A program made the translations under genes and the position numbers. Shown here piece by piece: positions 60,656-64,000 of a DNA stretch of 64,000 nt; position 1 is the stretch's first letter; each line of letters starts with the position of its first letter. Source of the DNA: Promethearchaeota archaeon Loki_b32 (GTDB lineage: Archaea; Asgardarchaeota; Lokiarchaeia; Sigyniarchaeales; SOKP01); assembly GCA_005223125.1 (NCBI GenBank), contig NJBH01000002.1:128001-192000 (forward strand), read 5' to 3'. The notes under the pieces are model-generated. The model made no database searches. It had not been told where the DNA came from and saw nothing but the letters and a program-made list of their open reading frames with translations.

Positions 60656-61951
60656 TTAGTTCTGTTTTATATCCTTCTCTTTAAATTTTATCCAAACTTC
60701 CAAAGCGATAAATACAAATAATCCAATTAGACATAATAAAGCCCCTATAAAAAAAGCCATTTGGTATGCAAAAACCTCACTCTTTCCCTCATTATATAAG
60801 AAATCAATGAGAGGACCTGAAATTAATGTACCTGCCACGCCCCACGAGAGGAAAAACGTAGTATTATACACAGCAAATAATTTCCCTCGCATTCTTTCTG
60901 GAATTAGAACTGAGGCAATTGCATATGAGGAAGCATATATTATTACCTCTGCGGCTCCGATTAAAAATGATCCTATAAAAATGATCGATAGATGAAAAGT
61001 AGTTGCTGTAATAATTAGAGCGACAATCCCTAATGAAGTTCCAATTATTAATGTTTTTGAATGACCAAATTTTTTACTTAAGAATCCTGCCGTAAATCCT
61101 ATGATCAATGTTGCTACTGATCGTGTATTTGCTATAAAACTTAGCAGTATAGGACTTACATCAAACCCAGAATCTAAAGAGAGATATTGAGAATAAGGCA
61201 CTGCTATACTATTTCTTCCAAAGTTAATAAAAATCAAAGCTACAATGAATATGATAAAAACAAATATATAATTTTGATTATTTCTTGTTTGATCTGATGA
61301 TTTTTCTTGTTCTGCTAATTCTATATTAACTCCTCCCTCTGGTGTAAAAAACATCGGGATTATTGAAATAAACATTACAAATGAAGCTATAACAAAAAGT
61401 GGTCCATTTCTAAATCCAAAACCAGCATCATACAAGAATCCTCCAATAAATATTCCAATTATCCTTCCTAATCCACCTAGACTTATTAATTGACCCATAA
61501 TTTTACTTCTTTTCTCAGATGGGTATAAATCACTTAATAAGGCGCTCCAACCAATGTTTGACATTGACCAAAACATTTCTACGCAAGTTAACCCTAATAT
61601 AATTACCCAGCCTACAATAACATAATTATTAAAGGAAAAGTGAATACCCCAAACTATTAAAGTTCCTAATCCTGCTAAAAATTCACCACATATAATAAAA
61701 GTTCTTCTTCGCTGAATTTTATCACTAATTGGTCCCCAAACAAAATTCTGAAATATAACAGAAGCAATCATTGGAAACGTGGCGTAAAAAGTTGTCATTG
61801 TAACAGATAACCCTAAAAACTCTCTCATATAAATCGATAAGTAGGTATAAAAAAGTCCCCTTCTGAACATGGCAAGCATTTGAAAGGAAGATAATCCAGT
61901 AAAAATTGCGAAGGGTGATCTCTTACTAATTTTCGCAGATAATTTTGGCAT
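60656..61951 (-). CDS. MFS transporter
   Basis: About 12 TM helices; motif A WGPISDKIQRRR. Confidence 0.9.
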   Translation of the reverse strand: MPKLSAKISKRSPFAIFTGLSSFQMLAMFRRGLFYTYLSIYMREFLGLSVTMTTFYATFPMIASVIFQNFVWGPISDKIQRRRTFIICGEFLAGLGTLIVWGIHFSFNNYVIVGWVIILGLTCVEMFWSMSNIGWSALLSDLYPSEKRSKIMGQLISLGGLGRIIGIFIGGFLYDAGFGFRNGPLFVIASFVMFISIIPMFFTPEGGVNIELAEQEKSSDQTRNNQNYIFVFIIFIVALIFINFGRNSIAVPYSQYLSLDSGFDVSPILLSFIANTRSVATLIIGFTAGFLSKKFGHSKTLIIGTSLGIVALIITATTFHLSIIFIGSFLIGAAEVIIYASSYAIASVLIPERMRGKLFAVYNTTFFLSWGVAGTLISGPLIDFLYNEGKSEVFAYQMAFFIGALLCLIGLFVFIALEVWIKFKEKDIKQN

Positions 61952-62086
61952 ATTAAATTTATAAGTTATTTTAAATAATTAAAAGAAATCTGTTTTCTAA
62001 AAGTTTCTATTTATTTAGGATTGAATGAAAAAATTGGAAAACAATATGAATTAAAATGAGTACTAATAAAGGGTATTTAAATTATT

Positions 62087-64000
62087 TTAAACTTGTTTCT
62101 CCTCGAATGTTTTTCTCCATTTTTCTAACTGTTTTAATAACTTTGGAGTATCTGGAACTTGAATAAGTTGTTTTGTATATATTGGATAATATTTGTATAG
62201 ATTATTTAGCAGATCTAGCCAAAATTTTTGACTTTCTGTTTGATCTGGTATTTCTTTTTTTAATTGGAGAATTATCTTTTTCTCTTTTTTAGCTTTGAGA
62301 GATTTCAAGAAGTTTTTCATGACCAGTACTCTAAATTCTGAGTATTCTTCTGGTCTAAAATTAGCTAATGAGTAGCACATATTATCATCAGGAAATGGTA
62401 AGAATTTTATTAACTTATCTTCTGGTACTTTAGGATTATCAAGCAACGTAAGTTCTATATCAGTTTTGCTGATATTTTCTAAAATGGGATATAATTCTCC
62501 AGGAGATATTTTTGTTTTTCGCTCTATTTGGTAGGCAATTTCAGAAATTGGAATATATAGTACAGGAAATTTCTCTTGATTCTCTATTCGAAAATAATAA
62601 TCCTTTGTTATGATTTGCATAATTAATTCATTTATTTCTTCAGAAAGATCATCGGCAGTAAAAGATATTTGGGTCTCCTTCAATTTCTCTTCAAAAATTA
62701 CTTTATCTTTCTGTTTTTTACCATAACCTACAGAAAGAGATGAAATAAAACTATTTGCTGCTTCACCTTCTTCTTCTCCTTTGACTAATCGGCTAGTTTT
62801 ACTTTCACCTTCCAATGCTCTTTCAAATATTCTTTCACTAAGATATTTTCTAGCTTTTTGTGCTGCAACTCCTTTTTTCTCAAATTGCTCGGTGACTGAA
62901 ACAAAATCAATCATCTTTACTAGTTTTCCTAATTCCTTTTTTTCTTCTGTTATTAATATATCCATATCCTTTTTCGCTAACTGTTCAAGGAGATCATAAA
63001 CATTTCCTTTAGATAACTGAGTTGCTTTAATTAGTTCTCGCTCAATTATTTCAATAGGATAAGCCTCACCTCTTCTGATATATTCACTCCTTATAATTTT
63101 ATAGACTTTATCTAGGCTTCTCTCTTCTTTACTAACAGTTTCTTTTTGCAATCGCATAAACATTGAAGTCTCATGCGGTTTTATATAATAAATTAATAAA
63201 GTTGTACCTAAGAAAAATATCATAAGCACTGAAATAATATATTTATCCCACATTAATACCATACCCACGTCAGTTACTATTTGATTTGGAATTTTACTTG
63301 CAAGAGAGAAACGTGTCAATGTTTGAGCAAATACACAAGCTAAAAATAATAATATCAAACCGTCTTTTTTGAAGATCAATATGCGCCATCCAAGTGTTTT
63401 ACCCAGTTTCTTTACTATGCGATATAAAAAGTACATTGAAATAATAAATTCAAATACAAAAATAAATGAAACAACAGAACCTGTTGCTCCGATAGTTGCT
63501 TGGAAAGCGCTAATAGTCTCATCTTGAAGTAACATGTAAATACTAATTTGTAGAATCTGAAAGAAAAAAATGAAGAACACTATCAATGAGAAAGTAAAAT
63601 TATCAAAAGTACCAGCTCTTTTAGTTTCAGCTCGTCGTCTAGTTGATACATATTCAAAAATGATGAAAACCAGAGTCATTACTAAACTAAAGTAAATTAA
63701 GGGCATTATCTTGGTCATTTCTAGATTATAAACTGCGACCGCACCGCTTGGATCTTTAGGTCCGAAAAAATCTAAAGATAAAAATACTAAGAAACTTCTA
63801 TAAAATAATGAAATTACAATAAGTACGCCTAAAATAAAAAATGGGATAATTACTGCAAAAAAATATCTTGATACTGAATATTTTTTAATGAATCTCGCTT
63901 CGATTTTTGTTGAAAATTTTCTTGAATAAATATAAAAACGACTACTTAATAAGACTAGCCAAATCATCGCTAGCGTTAATAAATACGTCATAAAGTTAAT
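62087..64000 (-). CDS. Large multi-pass membrane protein with cytoplasmic wHTH-like segments (5' end probably outside the window)
   Basis: Frame is open to the window edge; about 7 TM helices followed by a soluble domain. Confidence 0.7.
   Translation of the reverse strand: MNFMTYLLTLAMIWLVLLSSRFYIYSRKFSTKIEARFIKKYSVSRYFFAVIIPFFILGVLIVISLFYRSFLVFLSLDFFGPKDPSGAVAVYNLEMTKIMPLIYFSLVMTLVFIIFEYVSTRRRAETKRAGTFDNFTFSLIVFFIFFFQILQISIYMLLQDETISAFQATIGATGSVVSFIFVFEFIISMYFLYRIVKKLGKTLGWRILIFKKDGLILLFLACVFAQTLTRFSLASKIPNQIVTDVGMVLMWDKYIISVLMIFFLGTTLLIYYIKPHETSMFMRLQKETVSKEERSLDKVYKIIRSEYIRRGEAYPIEIIERELIKATQLSKGNVYDLLEQLAKKDMDILITEEKKELGKLVKMIDFVSVTEQFEKKGVAAQKARKYLSERIFERALEGESKTSRLVKGEEEGEAANSFISSLSVGYGKKQKDKVIFEEKLKETQISFTADDLSEEINELIMQIITKDYYFRIENQEKFPVLYIPISEIAYQIERKTKISPGELYPILENISKTDIELTLLDNPKVPEDKLIKFLPFPDDNMCYSLANFRPEEYSEFRVLVMKNFLKSLKAKKEKKIILQLKKEIPDQTESQKFWLDLLNNLYKYYPIYTKQLIQVPDTPKLLKQLEKWRKTFEEKQV

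Overview
This is an AT-rich archaeal window, most likely from an Asgard archaeon (Lokiarchaeia/Promethearchaeota). The assignment rests on a Rab-like small GTPase, a Loki-CTERM-like surface protein, PAC2, an ADP-forming acyl-CoA ligase and an archaeal tRNA without encoded CCA. The left ~21.6 kb looks like a defence/accessory region. A PD-(D/E)xK nuclease-APAZ gene and a catalytically inactive short prokaryotic Argonaute (SPARDA-like pair) lie directly upstream of, and co-oriented with, a nurA-herA-mre11-rad50 DNA end-resection operon. To their right are a divergent P-loop/wHTH gene with a partner, a DprA + PRTase pair (ShosTA-like), a Schlafen/AlbA_2-Ig-like fusion, orphan membrane proteins and decayed genes. 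The region ends with tRNA-Ala(GGC), a free-standing LAGLIDADG endonuclease and a second HerA-family ATPase fused to a dsRNA-binding domain. The remaining ~42 kb is mostly housekeeping and metabolic genes (S8 protease, rpiA, purE, thiolase, dUTPase, gatC, MoxR/vWA, Fe-S proteins, iscS/iscU, beta-CASP RNase, copA, cysteine synthase, MFS). Several genes appear to need ATA/ATT start codons, and one Fe-S gene carries a 1-bp frameshift. All calls come from motif recognition by eye; no database searches were run.
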